Below are positions 9,594 to 19,307 of a stretch of 64,000 nucleotides of DNA, one piece after another. Numbering within the stretch: position 1 is the first letter of the stretch; each line of letters opens with the position of its first letter. Origin of the DNA: Epithemia pelagica (Eukaryota; Protista; Bacillariophyta). Below the pieces are notes generated by a model, which saw nothing but the letters and a program-made list of their open reading frames with translations, was not told the origin of the DNA and did not search any database. The stretch is from the NCBI GenBank assembly GCA_946965045.2, contig OX337228.1, positions 3,720,001 through 3,784,000 of the forward strand, read 5' to 3'. The position numbers and the translations under genes were made by a program.

Positions 9594-11231
9594 TTATGGG
9601 GATGATGTGCCAAGACTAGGAGAGCTCAAAAGTTCGTCGTACGTCCGCCAAGTCACATGAAGTGGACAGAAGGTCCCATGATTCAGACCCTGCTCCTTGT
9701 TAGGACTAAGAAGACCAGCAGTGGGAGAGGAACGTGTTGTCGATGAGGATAGAGGTCCCCAGCAGACACAGGCACACCCACGCGAATCGTTCGCTGTGTA
9801 ACAGTTGTGGGATTTCTCGTCATCCCAGAGCATCACAAAGGCAAACATCCACACTTCCTTTTCCATCCGATTCATAAAGTCAATAGTTCCCCTACCATAA
9901 ACAACAGTGTCCTGATGTATGGTTGTACATTCGGATGCGCTAGCCGAGCGAACAGCTTGTTGCCGCTTTTGATCATGCAGTGCCAACAACTCCTTCCACA
10001 GCGATGTGTCACTTCTCATTTCGCGGCTACTATCCAATGCGGCAACATCCGCATTGTCCTGGGACGACACCAGTTGCATGGAGATGCCAAACGATGCAAA
10101 GTCAAAACCCAAACCAACTCCCAAGGCTTTTGTGTAGGCTTCTTTCATGGCCCACAACAGATAAAACTCCCGCAACAGACAATCATCAGTGACGCTGCTT
10201 GATTCGCTTTCGTCCGACGGAGCCAAACTGAATCGGGCTTGTTCCATTGGCGTCATTTGATGAAAAAATACTTGTACAAACTCGTGGACGGAGGAATACA
10301 AGCGGCGATTAATGTCGTCAAAGGTAACAATATCGAAGCCCAAGGAGTAATACGGGGGCGACGATTGTTGACTCGAACTCATTTGTGCCATGCCAACAAA
10401 GGGAAATTGATGAGAAATGCTCAAGGGGTAGAACGAACACTCTGTCCTTGACGCGAGTAAGGCAGAAGCGTCATCCTCATCGTCCTGTCCCCCGCCTGGA
10501 GCACAATTCAATGGAGCGTAACGAGAGTAGTTTTGTTCTGGGGGTGGGCAATGAGCAGGTCGTGGAATGTAAGGCTTTTTGTACAGAGTTTGGTTCAATT
10601 GAACCAAAGGGAAGGGAGCAGTTCTTGATACCGCCCTCTTTGTTCTAATGATCAAGGATACACCATTAAGCTCCATACTCTCCGTGGCGTAACAAAAGGC
10701 TTGTCGCTTGAGCAACAACGATACAATAGCTGCATAGCGGTCCGAGAGACGAATGTACTTTGTCACGTTTTCAAAGTGTGACTGTGCGATATCCATATTG
10801 GTCTCTGTGGACCAAAGGCGGGGTGTTTTTGTTGTTGTTGATGATGTTGGCTCAGCCCATTTTGGTATCCATAGCGGGGACCACCACGGTGATCTTCGCG
10901 CCGCACTGTCGTTGTTACTATTAATGTGGGCCAACTGTTGTTCCTGCTGTTGCTCTTGCCACCATGATTCGGCCGTACATGAAGGGATCTCGTGCAACAA
11001 ATGCTTCAATCGATCCGTCAACGACCAGAGAGGCTTGGATTGGCATGTAGAGTGGTAGACAGTCTTTTCGCCACGACTGTGATTCGCACCAAATTTTTCA
11101 GGGTCTTCTTCTTCTTCCACTAGTGCTTGAATATTCACCAAGGTCAAATGTATGGGTGGGATTTGGGGATGATACGTCGCCGATATTGCAGCACCATTCG
11201 ATGAATCCGCTTGGCCTTTGAGGTAGGACAT
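9594..11231 (-). CDS. 4'-phosphopantetheinyl transferase (Sfp/AASDHPPT type)
   Basis: Motifs SISHQFPFVG, LGFDIV and FYLLWAMKEAYTKALGVGLGFDF match the PPTase WxxKEAxxKA signature. Confidence 0.9.
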   Translation of the reverse strand: MSYLKGQADSSNGAAISATYHPQIPPIHLTLVNIQALVEEEEDPEKFGANHSRGEKTVYHSTCQSKPLWSLTDRLKHLLHEIPSCTAESWWQEQQQEQQLAHINSNNDSAARRSPWWSPLWIPKWAEPTSSTTTKTPRLWSTETNMDIAQSHFENVTKYIRLSDRYAAIVSLLLKRQAFCYATESMELNGVSLIIRTKRAVSRTAPFPLVQLNQTLYKKPYIPRPAHCPPPEQNYSRYAPLNCAPGGGQDDEDDASALLASRTECSFYPLSISHQFPFVGMAQMSSSQQSSPPYYSLGFDIVTFDDINRRLYSSVHEFVQVFFHQMTPMEQARFSLAPSDESESSSVTDDCLLREFYLLWAMKEAYTKALGVGLGFDFASFGISMQLVSSQDNADVAALDSSREMRSDTSLWKELLALHDQKRQQAVRSASASECTTIHQDTVVYGRGTIDFMNRMEKEVWMFAFVMLWDDEKSHNCYTANDSRGCACVCWGPLSSSTTRSSPTAGLLSPNKEQGLNHGTFCPLHVTWRTYDELLSSPSLGTSSP

Positions 11232-11852
11232 TTTCCAATGACCATTTGGAAGAAGGACCCAACTGAGTTAGTTGATCTCCCATCGATTGACTGTGTCAGT
11301 TGCGAGAAAGTATGATCCGACAGGTGGTAGTTGAAGACCGTCAAAGATCTCTTTCCTAGATTACTTCGACAACAGTCTCCGTCGACTTCCCGGTACAAAG
11401 TTCTACTGTCAAATGTCGTCCTTTCTCTTCCTTTGTTCGCTCGGAATGATAGCAACAACGACGGTCTGATGCGTCATGGTATAGCTTCAGAGAGATACGA
11501 GTGACAGACAGTCTTCCGCTGTTTAAAAATCGTAAAAAGTAAAAACCACACGTTTTGGTCTTTTTCCCGCAAAAAGACGCACGGCAAGCCGGTTTTTGGT
11601 TTTTGCTGATGTGCAAGCAGACGGTAGACACACGGTTCTGTGATCTGTGATGTCTTTGATAGCTCCTCGTCTCGTTCCGACAGAATCCAATAAGAACGAC
11701 TTCTTGTGATTGTTTGCGTGACTTTTGATCAACGGTAGTAGAGATAAACCCCAAGTCACAAACATCGTTGCGACGAATCGAATTGAGAGTGAGGCTCCAC
11801 CGGCTAACGAAAATCCTCTTTGTGTTTGAGACCAACGAATATCGATACAACC

Positions 11853-12282
11853 ATGCCAGTGAGCAAGAATATTCGAATTACATTGGATATGTTGCAAAGT
11901 GTGCGAAGGGTGAGTCTTTTCTGGAATCCGATAATGTTGTTTAACCTATGCTCCTTGTGCTGATTGACACGTCTCTCATGAACTATCCGTTGGTGTTCTT
12001 CTCGATTTGGATTCCCATTCGTTTGGCGTGGTCAACCAACAAATACGTTTATAGCGGAGTCGTCGGGCGGGCTACAATCACCCCTGTTCAAAGTACATTC
12101 AACGAGTGTTGGATGGGTTAGAGGCGACGAATCACAATGTCGGTCCGATTTACAGGCAAGTCAAAGATATGGAAGACTGTGTCGCTTATTACAAGTACAT
12201 GCAAAAGAAAACCCAGGACAAGGATTCCACACTCTACTACCTCTCTCAATACCTCGATCGACAAAAGCACAAACGAAAGTAA
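11853..12282 (+). CDS. Small two-exon protein (about 94 aa) with a weak SANT-like motif
   Basis: Exon 11853-11909, GT-AG intron 11910-12054, exon 12055-12282. The join gives MPVSKNIRITLDMLQSVRR/RSRRAGYNHPCSKYIQRVLDGLEATNHNVGPIYRQVKDMEDCVAYYKYMQKK...; assembled by hand. Confidence 0.45.
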
Positions 12283-12537
12283 ATGCAAACAAAGATTTGA
12301 AAGGAACAGACGAACGCTAATCATAACAGATCCAGAGAAACGACTAGTACCGAATACTCCCACGAGCAGAAATGTGTTTAGTGGTTTGGATTAGATGCCA
12401 CCCCTCCGGTGTGGACGTTCAAAGTAGATCTAGTGTCCCAGCAATACAGACGTGGCTCGCAGAGATTCGCGCTTCCTCTCAACGTGAGAATAGATCCACT
12501 GATCCGAGTGTCCAGGAGCGCGCCAGTGCAGTGAATG

Positions 12538-13359
12538 CTATATTTCATCGGTTTCAAACAAGCCATCACCCAAATAATGAAGCAATTCAATGGCGACGCC
12601 CTTCTTGGTGGCCCGACTAAAATTCCAAAACACACAAAACAGCAACCAACAACGAGAGAGATGACACAAACTCTGGTGAGACCCCGTCTCGTCAAGAACG
12701 AGCCACTGTCGCACTTCGCAAACGATGCTACGCCAGAAACCCCAAAAGACGTTAAGTGCTACGTACATTTCGGCACTGTTCATGAGCATTAAACCAACTC
12801 CGATGGCATATTCTTTGCCTTCTGCAAAAATCACAACGCCATCGCCCTTGGACAATCCGGGTTTGCCGCCTTCGCCGTCGGCATCATCCGGTGGCATTTC
12901 TCCACCGGGATTAGTCAGTCCAGGACTCATAACATTGGCACCCCCAAGCAAAAAGGGAATGGCTCCTTGGTCGACGGTCACACGAGCGAATTCCAAGGTC
13001 GGATACTGGTGAACCAATTTCAGGGTTGGCATTATTGGTCCGTCTCGGTCTTGATACAAAATGGGCACATCACGAGGCGTGGTGCTCGTAGGCCCGTCCG
13101 ATGAGGTATGCTCGTGGGAAGAATCTGTCGTTGCACCGTGATTCATACTTTCCGAGGGATCCATACGTTGACAGTAAATCATGGTATAGGAGCCCAGTTT
13201 GTACTGAACCAGAGGACTTTTCTTAGGTAACAGGGCATCTAATTGCTCTTCTGTAATATGCGGATGTTTTTCCAACAACTGACTTTTTAGAGCTCGTTGT
13301 ACCGATGTCTTCACTTGGGTACTGGTAGAAATATTTTTGCGATCCAATCGTTTGAACAT
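12538..13359 (-). CDS. TMA20: MCT-1/Tma20 translation re-initiation factor (PUA domain); in-frame intron 12617-12766
   Basis: Motifs QVKTSVQRALK, DGPIMPTLKLVHQYP, VDQGAIPFLLGGANVMSPGL, GKEYAIGVG and GVAIELLHYLGDGL. A 150-nt GT-AG intron is read through in the ORF track. Confidence 0.92.
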   Translation of the reverse strand: MFKRLDRKNISTSTQVKTSVQRALKSQLLEKHPHITEEQLDALLPKKSPLVQYKLGSYTMIYCQRMDPSESMNHGATTDSSHEHTSSDGPTSTTPRDVPILYQDRDGPIMPTLKLVHQYPTLEFARVTVDQGAIPFLLGGANVMSPGLTNPGGEMPPDDADGEGGKPGLSKGDGVVIFAEGKEYAIGVGLMLMNSAEMYVALNVFWGFWRSIVCEVRQWLVLDETGSHQSLCHLSRCWLLFCVFWNFSRATKKGVAIELLHYLGDGLFETDEI

Positions 13360-13509
13360 GGTTGGAAGGCTTTCGTGGGTATAGCAAGTGCGTCAAAATG
13401 GAGTGAAATTGTGGATTGCTTTCGTTTTTGTCGTTTATTCCTTCAGAGGGCCGGTGTTTATTTCGGTTCGACAGAGAACTGTTGTTGCGTTACTCGGAGT
13501 ATATATTCT

Positions 13510-13732
13510 TGTTGAGGATAGCAGAGCAACCGGTGAATATAGAGGACCAAGGTGCGACTGGCGACGGGAAGAAGGATTCGCAAGATACGGAATCATGGAC
13601 ATTGGTTAGTCGACGTGGCAAAAGCAACGAAAGAACGAACAAGAGAGCCAACGCTCATTCAATGGAGAATACGTAGTTCGATAAGCCTATAAAGAGTTGC
13701 TTTTACGGCACGGCTTGTTAGAAGTTTCAACA
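13510..13732 (+). repeat. 5' LTR of Copia element A
   Basis: Direct repeat of 26514-26736 with TG...CA termini. Confidence 0.97.
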
Positions 13733-13799
13733 TATTCTCCATTGAAATATTATTCTTATCTTACACTAAGTACCTCCGTTGTTGACGTGAAGTACTCTT

Positions 13800-14483
13800 A
13801 TGAGTGAAGAGGGAACAAGTGACCGCGTTCAAGCTTTATTATCGGAACTGGCCCAACTCACTATCGAACAAGAGGATCTCTTACACGAAGCGGAACAGCG
13901 CTACCAACAACGCTTTCGCACCAAGGAGGTGCAGCATCGCGAGGCCATCGCTGCACTGGAGCGACAACGAGAAATCGAGAGAGACAACGACTACGAGGAC
14001 ACGGAGATTCGGAAACAGCTGATCTTCGAGCAGACGCAGGAAAAGCGACGCAAATTGCTAGACAAGATCAAGCGTGTTGAGCAAGGTCCACCAACCTGCG
14101 TAGCTACATACCCGGAGCACTCCGCTGAGGCGTATCTTGTGGAACCGAACCAAGAAGACAATTCGGAAGCGAATCAAGACCGTCGAGCATCTCCCGTGGC
14201 TCAAGTTGATCTGATCCGTGAAACACCTGACGGTGAGATTGAAACAGAAACAATCATTCCTGCTATTCTGCCACAAAGAGGCGCCCTCCCACGTTGGATT
14301 CCAATTGGAACTCGAGTCTGGGTGTTGAATACTCTCAAGTTGAAGGAAACAGTGGGACGAACACACCTCCAAGGCACAGTGTCACGACACGGAAGCCTAT
14401 ACCACTTCATCAAGATTTGGAATCCCATCACGAAAGATACTGAAGAACACCGCCGCCATCGTGACAGTATTGCGATTGTCTAG
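13800..14483 (+). CDS. Element A extra ORF1 (227 aa; coiled coil plus conserved C-terminal beta-rich domain), function unknown
   Basis: Lies between the LTR and gag. Homologous to 59276-59980 (IGTRVWVLNTLKL vs IGSAVWVLNPLKL). Confidence 0.75.
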   Translation: MSEEGTSDRVQALLSELAQLTIEQEDLLHEAEQRYQQRFRTKEVQHREAIAALERQREIERDNDYEDTEIRKQLIFEQTQEKRRKLLDKIKRVEQGPPTCVATYPEHSAEAYLVEPNQEDNSEANQDRRASPVAQVDLIRETPDGEIETETIIPAILPQRGALPRWIPIGTRVWVLNTLKLKETVGRTHLQGTVSRHGSLYHFIKIWNPITKDTEEHRRHRDSIAIV

Positions 14484-14488
14484 ACAAG

Positions 14489-17281
14489 ATGTCTCAACAA
14501 GGCAGCGCAGCTCGTCCAGACACGGTTGAGTCTAGCTCCCGGTCGAATGGACAACAACGTCAAGGCAGAGGCGGACGAGGAAGAGGACGAGGATGGCAGA
14601 ATCAGGCGCAACAATCCAACTCGCCTAGATTTCAAGGCCAAGAACCGTCACTGAAAGAATGCATATTCGATTATAGTGAGGATCCGCAGTCGAAGCGGTA
14701 TCTACGAAACGTCGAGTTACTGATCGGCTACGTCGGTAGTAATTTTGATAGACACAATCAAGAGTTCCAACAAGCACTTGAAGCATTGGAACTACCCGAC
14801 CCAGAAGAAGCAACAAAACCAAAAGACCCCACCGATATGATCCAGATGGAAGAATGGAAAATGGCGTACAAGGCACGCCAGGAGCAGATGGTCCTATACA
14901 AAAACTTTCGGGCAGCGCTATACAGCTTGATTATGGGACAGTGTACCCCTCTACTCAAGGATAAGCTGCAGGCTCACGAGACTTTTGGAGAGATCAAGAA
15001 GCTGCGTGATGGTGTAGATCTTTTGAAACTTATCAAGCAAATCACATTCACCTTTGATTCCGGACGCATATTCACTCTGGTCGCACGAGATAAGCTCAAG
15101 GAAGATTTCTATAGTCTGAGGCGACGAAACAACCAAAGTCTCCATTCCTATTACGAGGTCTTCTGAGCCAAAGTCAAGGTCATGAATGAAGCTGGGATCG
15201 TCCTTTACGATAAGGACATGCTGGAAAGAGTGGCCAAGGAAAAGAATCACACAGAACCTTCTGACGATGACCATGAGGACGCTCAAAATCGTTGCATTGC
15301 CATTCGATTCATCCGGTCTTGCGGCAACAAGGACTATGAAGCACATTTGCAAAATATGTTCTTGGATGGACAGAACGTGTATCCCAAGACGCTCGCCAAT
15401 GCTCGTGCGATCCTGGACAATCGAATGACAGGAAAACCAAAGAACAATCCTAGTCAGAGCAGCGGTCAGCCCGACAATGCCACCGGAGTGGCGTATATGA
15501 CAAGTGGAGAGACGAGTTTGCCAGATTCCACTCTGACAGGCCACTCCAATGCGACAACTGCAGCAAGAACACAAGCAAGTGGCTCTGAAGCAGCAACAAC
15601 ACAGAGTCGCACAAATCGAACCGACTCACATGCCGAGGGTAACAACGAATCCAACCGAGGTGGGCTAACCTCATCAAACAGGGGCTCCTCTATCAACTGC
15701 GACTCACCTGATTATGTTTTCTCTTCCTCTACCATGCAGGCTAGCATTCCCCCTCAATGGCTGTTACTGGACAATCAGTCCACCGTTGACATCATCAAAG
15801 ATCCATCCCTATTAAAAAATATTCATTCATCCGAGACTCCCATCGTCATTCAGAGTCATGCCGGGCAGAGGACCCTTCAGTTGCGAGGACTCCTGCCTGG
15901 ATACGGCATCGTATGGCATGACCCGGAGGGTCCAGCCAATATCATCTCCCTGAACAACGCACACACAAGATTTCACATCAAATATGACAGCGACCATGGA
16001 AACTCATTCGCTTTGCATGACCGAGCCACTGGCAGGCTAAAACACAAGTTCAATCCAAGCCCAGAAGGTTTATTCTATCTCGATACATCGATGTTACAGA
16101 GTAGCTTCGTAACCACTGTTAGCGAAAACGAAGACTCTTACTCACCAGAAGAAATTCGTAGAGCCAAGTCGGCCAGATCACTCCTGGCGAAGATAGGTAG
16201 GCCTTCTACCAAGGATTATCTTCATATCCTAAGGCACAACCTACTGCCAAACGCCAACATTACCACTGATGATGTGCACAGGGCCGAGAAGATCTATGGT
16301 CCAGATTTGGGAACGCTCAAAGGCAAGACAACTAGACGCAAGTCTCCATTTGTCGACACGTCCACGACAGTACCACCTCGCATTGCTGAGGAGCACAAGG
16401 ATGTCACGTTGACCATCGATGTCATGCACGTGAACAATGTACCCTTCCTTGTCACCACATCAAGGAAAATACATTTCGGGACGATGGACGCCATACAATC
16501 AACCACCGATGCCAATATCATACAATCCCTGAAAAAGACTGTGGCAGTTTACCAACGTGGTGGGATGCGACCGAGAATTGTGCTGGCTGATGGTGCCTTT
16601 ACAAGTGACGATATGCAAGCCAATCTCCAACTCCTCGGCATCACCATCAACCCTACTGCTAGGGATGAGCATGTAGGGGATGTAGAACGCTACATCAGGA
16701 CTGTTAAGGAGAGAATGCGTTGCGTTTATAACACGCTTCCTTTCAAAGCACTGCCAAAGGTCATGTTGATTGAATTGGCCAAATTTGCTACTTTCTGGTT
16801 AAACTGCTTCCCACATCATACCGGCATCTCCAAAACACAAAGTCCACGCCTACTCGTGACTGGAGAGCATGTCGATGTCAACAAACATTGCCGGTACGAA
16901 TTTGGCCAATACGTGCAGTGCCATGAGCAGCATGATAACACCATGGCCCCGAGAACCATCGGAGCTATTGCATTGAGGCCAACCGGTAATCGGCAGGGAA
17001 GTTATTACTTCCTTAGTCTCACTAGCGGCAGAGTAATCACAAGGAATCATGCCACCGCTTTACCGATGCCAGAAGAAGTTATTCAATGTGTGCACCAGTT
17101 GGCACAAAGTCAGGAAATGCAACCGGGCTTAGCGTTCGGCAATCGGGATAACAGAATCTTGTTCTTAGATGAGAGCAATGAACTATTTGAGGATGATGAC
17201 GATTTCTATGAAGACGAACAGGACATGGACGAGGATCTGCGATATGACGATGATCTAGTGGAGAACGAACTAGCTAATGAG
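14489..17281 (+). pseudogene. Element A gag-protease-integrase (5' part of polyprotein); premature stop at 15164-15166; cut by element B
   Basis: The gag is homologous to that of element C (YYEVF*AKVK vs YYELFRAKAQ). Protease motif WLLLDNQSTVDII; integrase motifs IDVMHVN, LADGAF and EHVGDVERYIRTVKER. Confidence 0.9.
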
Positions 17282-17549
17282 TATCAGCGTTCATGCGCCT
17301 CTTCCATTCACTCCCACACATGCAACAAAATATCGACCTCGCACTACACCCAACTTAGCTCCTAGTCATAATTTGAGAAGTAACAAAACTTGCACTACAG
17401 TTTACATTCGTCCCTAGCAGAATCTTACGAACTGCAAACCGGAACTTTTCCGAATGACCATGGGAACCTCCCTCAACGGAACGGCCGCCTCATTCGGACA
17501 TTCTACGAACAACTCGTCGGGTGGAACAGAAAACTCCTTCACAATGACA

Positions 17550-17561
17550 GGTTATGAGCCC
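17550..17561 (+). promoter_or_regulatory. Primer-binding site GGTTATGAGCCC of element B (initiator tRNA-Met anticodon-arm type)
   Basis: Immediately follows the 5' LTR. It is the reverse complement of GGGCUCAUAACC in initiator tRNA-Met, the half-tRNA priming mode of Drosophila copia and yeast Ty5. Confidence 0.8.
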
Positions 17562-17897
17562 AAGCGGTTCCACTGGGTTGTAACAGTATTCACCTTACTG
17601 ATGACCGTTTACTTACCGACAAGAATTGTTTTACTTAACGATTCATTCGTGGTACGACAAATTTCATTTGTGCCCCCTACACGAATCCGAACCCTGACGC
17701 GACCGACATTCGGCAACTGGGAGTCAACATTGCAGTTGGAGACTTGGTCCACCAACCAGAACACTCCGTTACTGGGCCCAACACAACTTGGAGCACGGGA
17801 ACTAACACTCACTTTTTGGTCTAAACCAAAACAGACTCAAACTTACCGCTTACCTTTGCTGTTGAGTTCCTTGCCTTTGCCTACTATCTTTGAGACC

Positions 17898-19307
17898 ATG
17901 AAGATCCCTACTCCTGTTTCAACGCCCAAGAAGACCTCTGGAGTCGGTTCCCTTTCAGCCGATACTCAGATGAATGGTATCACTTTGACTGCCGCCAAGA
18001 GTCGTACTTTTGAACTCGGAGCTTTCGCCGACACGGTCTCTCCAGCCTATCGCAGTTCCTTATCCGGGAAGACGCTGTTTGACTTTCGTAATGAAGCCGT
18101 TGTTGGACTTACTCCTCCCTTCAGTTTCACCTGGGCCGTTGTCAGTACGACCGATGACAAGTCCTTCTTCGACGACAACAACAAGATTATGATGCAACTT
18201 TATACACTCAAGACACGTCTTACGACGTACTGCATGCATTCGGTGTTTGATATCCTTCCTGTTGATGAAGAAACCGGCATTTTAGACTCGTCAGGTGCTA
18301 CTTTGAGCTTACTCGACCATGCTTGTTCGCTCTCCGAGGCTCAAGTCCGCTTGAGCAACCAGATCTATGCCGAACGCACCACCGATAGTCTGCACCCGCA
18401 GAATCTGTCTTGGACTCAGGATTTGTTGCTTGCCTCCTGTGATGGGACTCTTCGTGCCGATCTTGAAAATTGCTTGGTCACGATCCCTGACAACGAGCAG
18501 GGTGGGCCCTTGGTTCTTCATATGATCCTCACGCAACTCATGACGACTACTACCGACGCCGCTCGAGGTATCGTCCGCCGATTGGAGAAACACAGTGTCA
18601 CTGCCTATCCTGGTGAAAACATAAATCAGTTTTGCTCTACGTTTAACAATGTGGTTCTACGTTTGAACTTAAGTGGACATGTCCCGGCCGACATTTGCAG
18701 TATCTTCGTCGAACGACTTCTCACTTGCACGGTTCCAAAGTTTCTCAGCATGATGGACTATTTGGAGAATCATGACGACCCCATCCTTCAAGACTTTTTC
18801 GGATTACGCGAACGTGTCGTGGCAAAATACCATTCTCTTTTGTTGTCCGAGAAATGGCTTCCGACCGTCAAGACCGATACCTCCGCTTTTCCTGCTCTCA
18901 CTGAGACCAAGAAAGCTGCTCCGGTTGGAACCCCCAAGTCGAACAATGGTCGTCGTCCACCTTTACCGATCGACACTACTCCTCCTGGTCCTGGTGAGGC
19001 CAACTCCAAGCCTCATCCGACGAATCCCAAGCGCAAATTGTGGTGGTGTGCCTTGTGTCCGAATGGTACTCCAAACGGCATCGGCCGTTGGGGTAACCAC
19101 AGCACAGACCGTCATGACCCCACCAAGGTGAATTCCAGCCGCTCTCCTGCAGCCACACCCTCTGACACGGCTGCCATTGCGAACACTACGGATTCTCCTC
19201 CAGCCGCCGACACCCCTTTGACTGACAATGCCACTGCCACACCGACTGCTGCACCACCCCAGACTTACGCCAATGTTGCCCTTACCTCCTTGCGGGATTT
19301 TCGCTAG
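17898..19307 (+). CDS. Element B gag
   Basis: The ORF track gives 17454-19307, but that start lies inside the LTR; the likely ATG is 17898. C-terminal Cys/His knuckle-like WWCALC...WGNHSTDRH. Confidence 0.8.
   Translation: MKIPTPVSTPKKTSGVGSLSADTQMNGITLTAAKSRTFELGAFADTVSPAYRSSLSGKTLFDFRNEAVVGLTPPFSFTWAVVSTTDDKSFFDDNNKIMMQLYTLKTRLTTYCMHSVFDILPVDEETGILDSSGATLSLLDHACSLSEAQVRLSNQIYAERTTDSLHPQNLSWTQDLLLASCDGTLRADLENCLVTIPDNEQGGPLVLHMILTQLMTTTTDAARGIVRRLEKHSVTAYPGENINQFCSTFNNVVLRLNLSGHVPADICSIFVERLLTCTVPKFLSMMDYLENHDDPILQDFFGLRERVVAKYHSLLLSEKWLPTVKTDTSAFPALTETKKAAPVGTPKSNNGRRPPLPIDTTPPGPGEANSKPHPTNPKRKLWWCALCPNGTPNGIGRWGNHSTDRHDPTKVNSSRSPAATPSDTAAIANTTDSPPAADTPLTDNATATPTAAPPQTYANVALTSLRDFR

Noticed and set aside
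17454-17897. N-terminal extension of element B gag given by the ORF track
   Set aside because: It starts inside the LTR and runs through the PBS and leader; most likely an incidental open frame.
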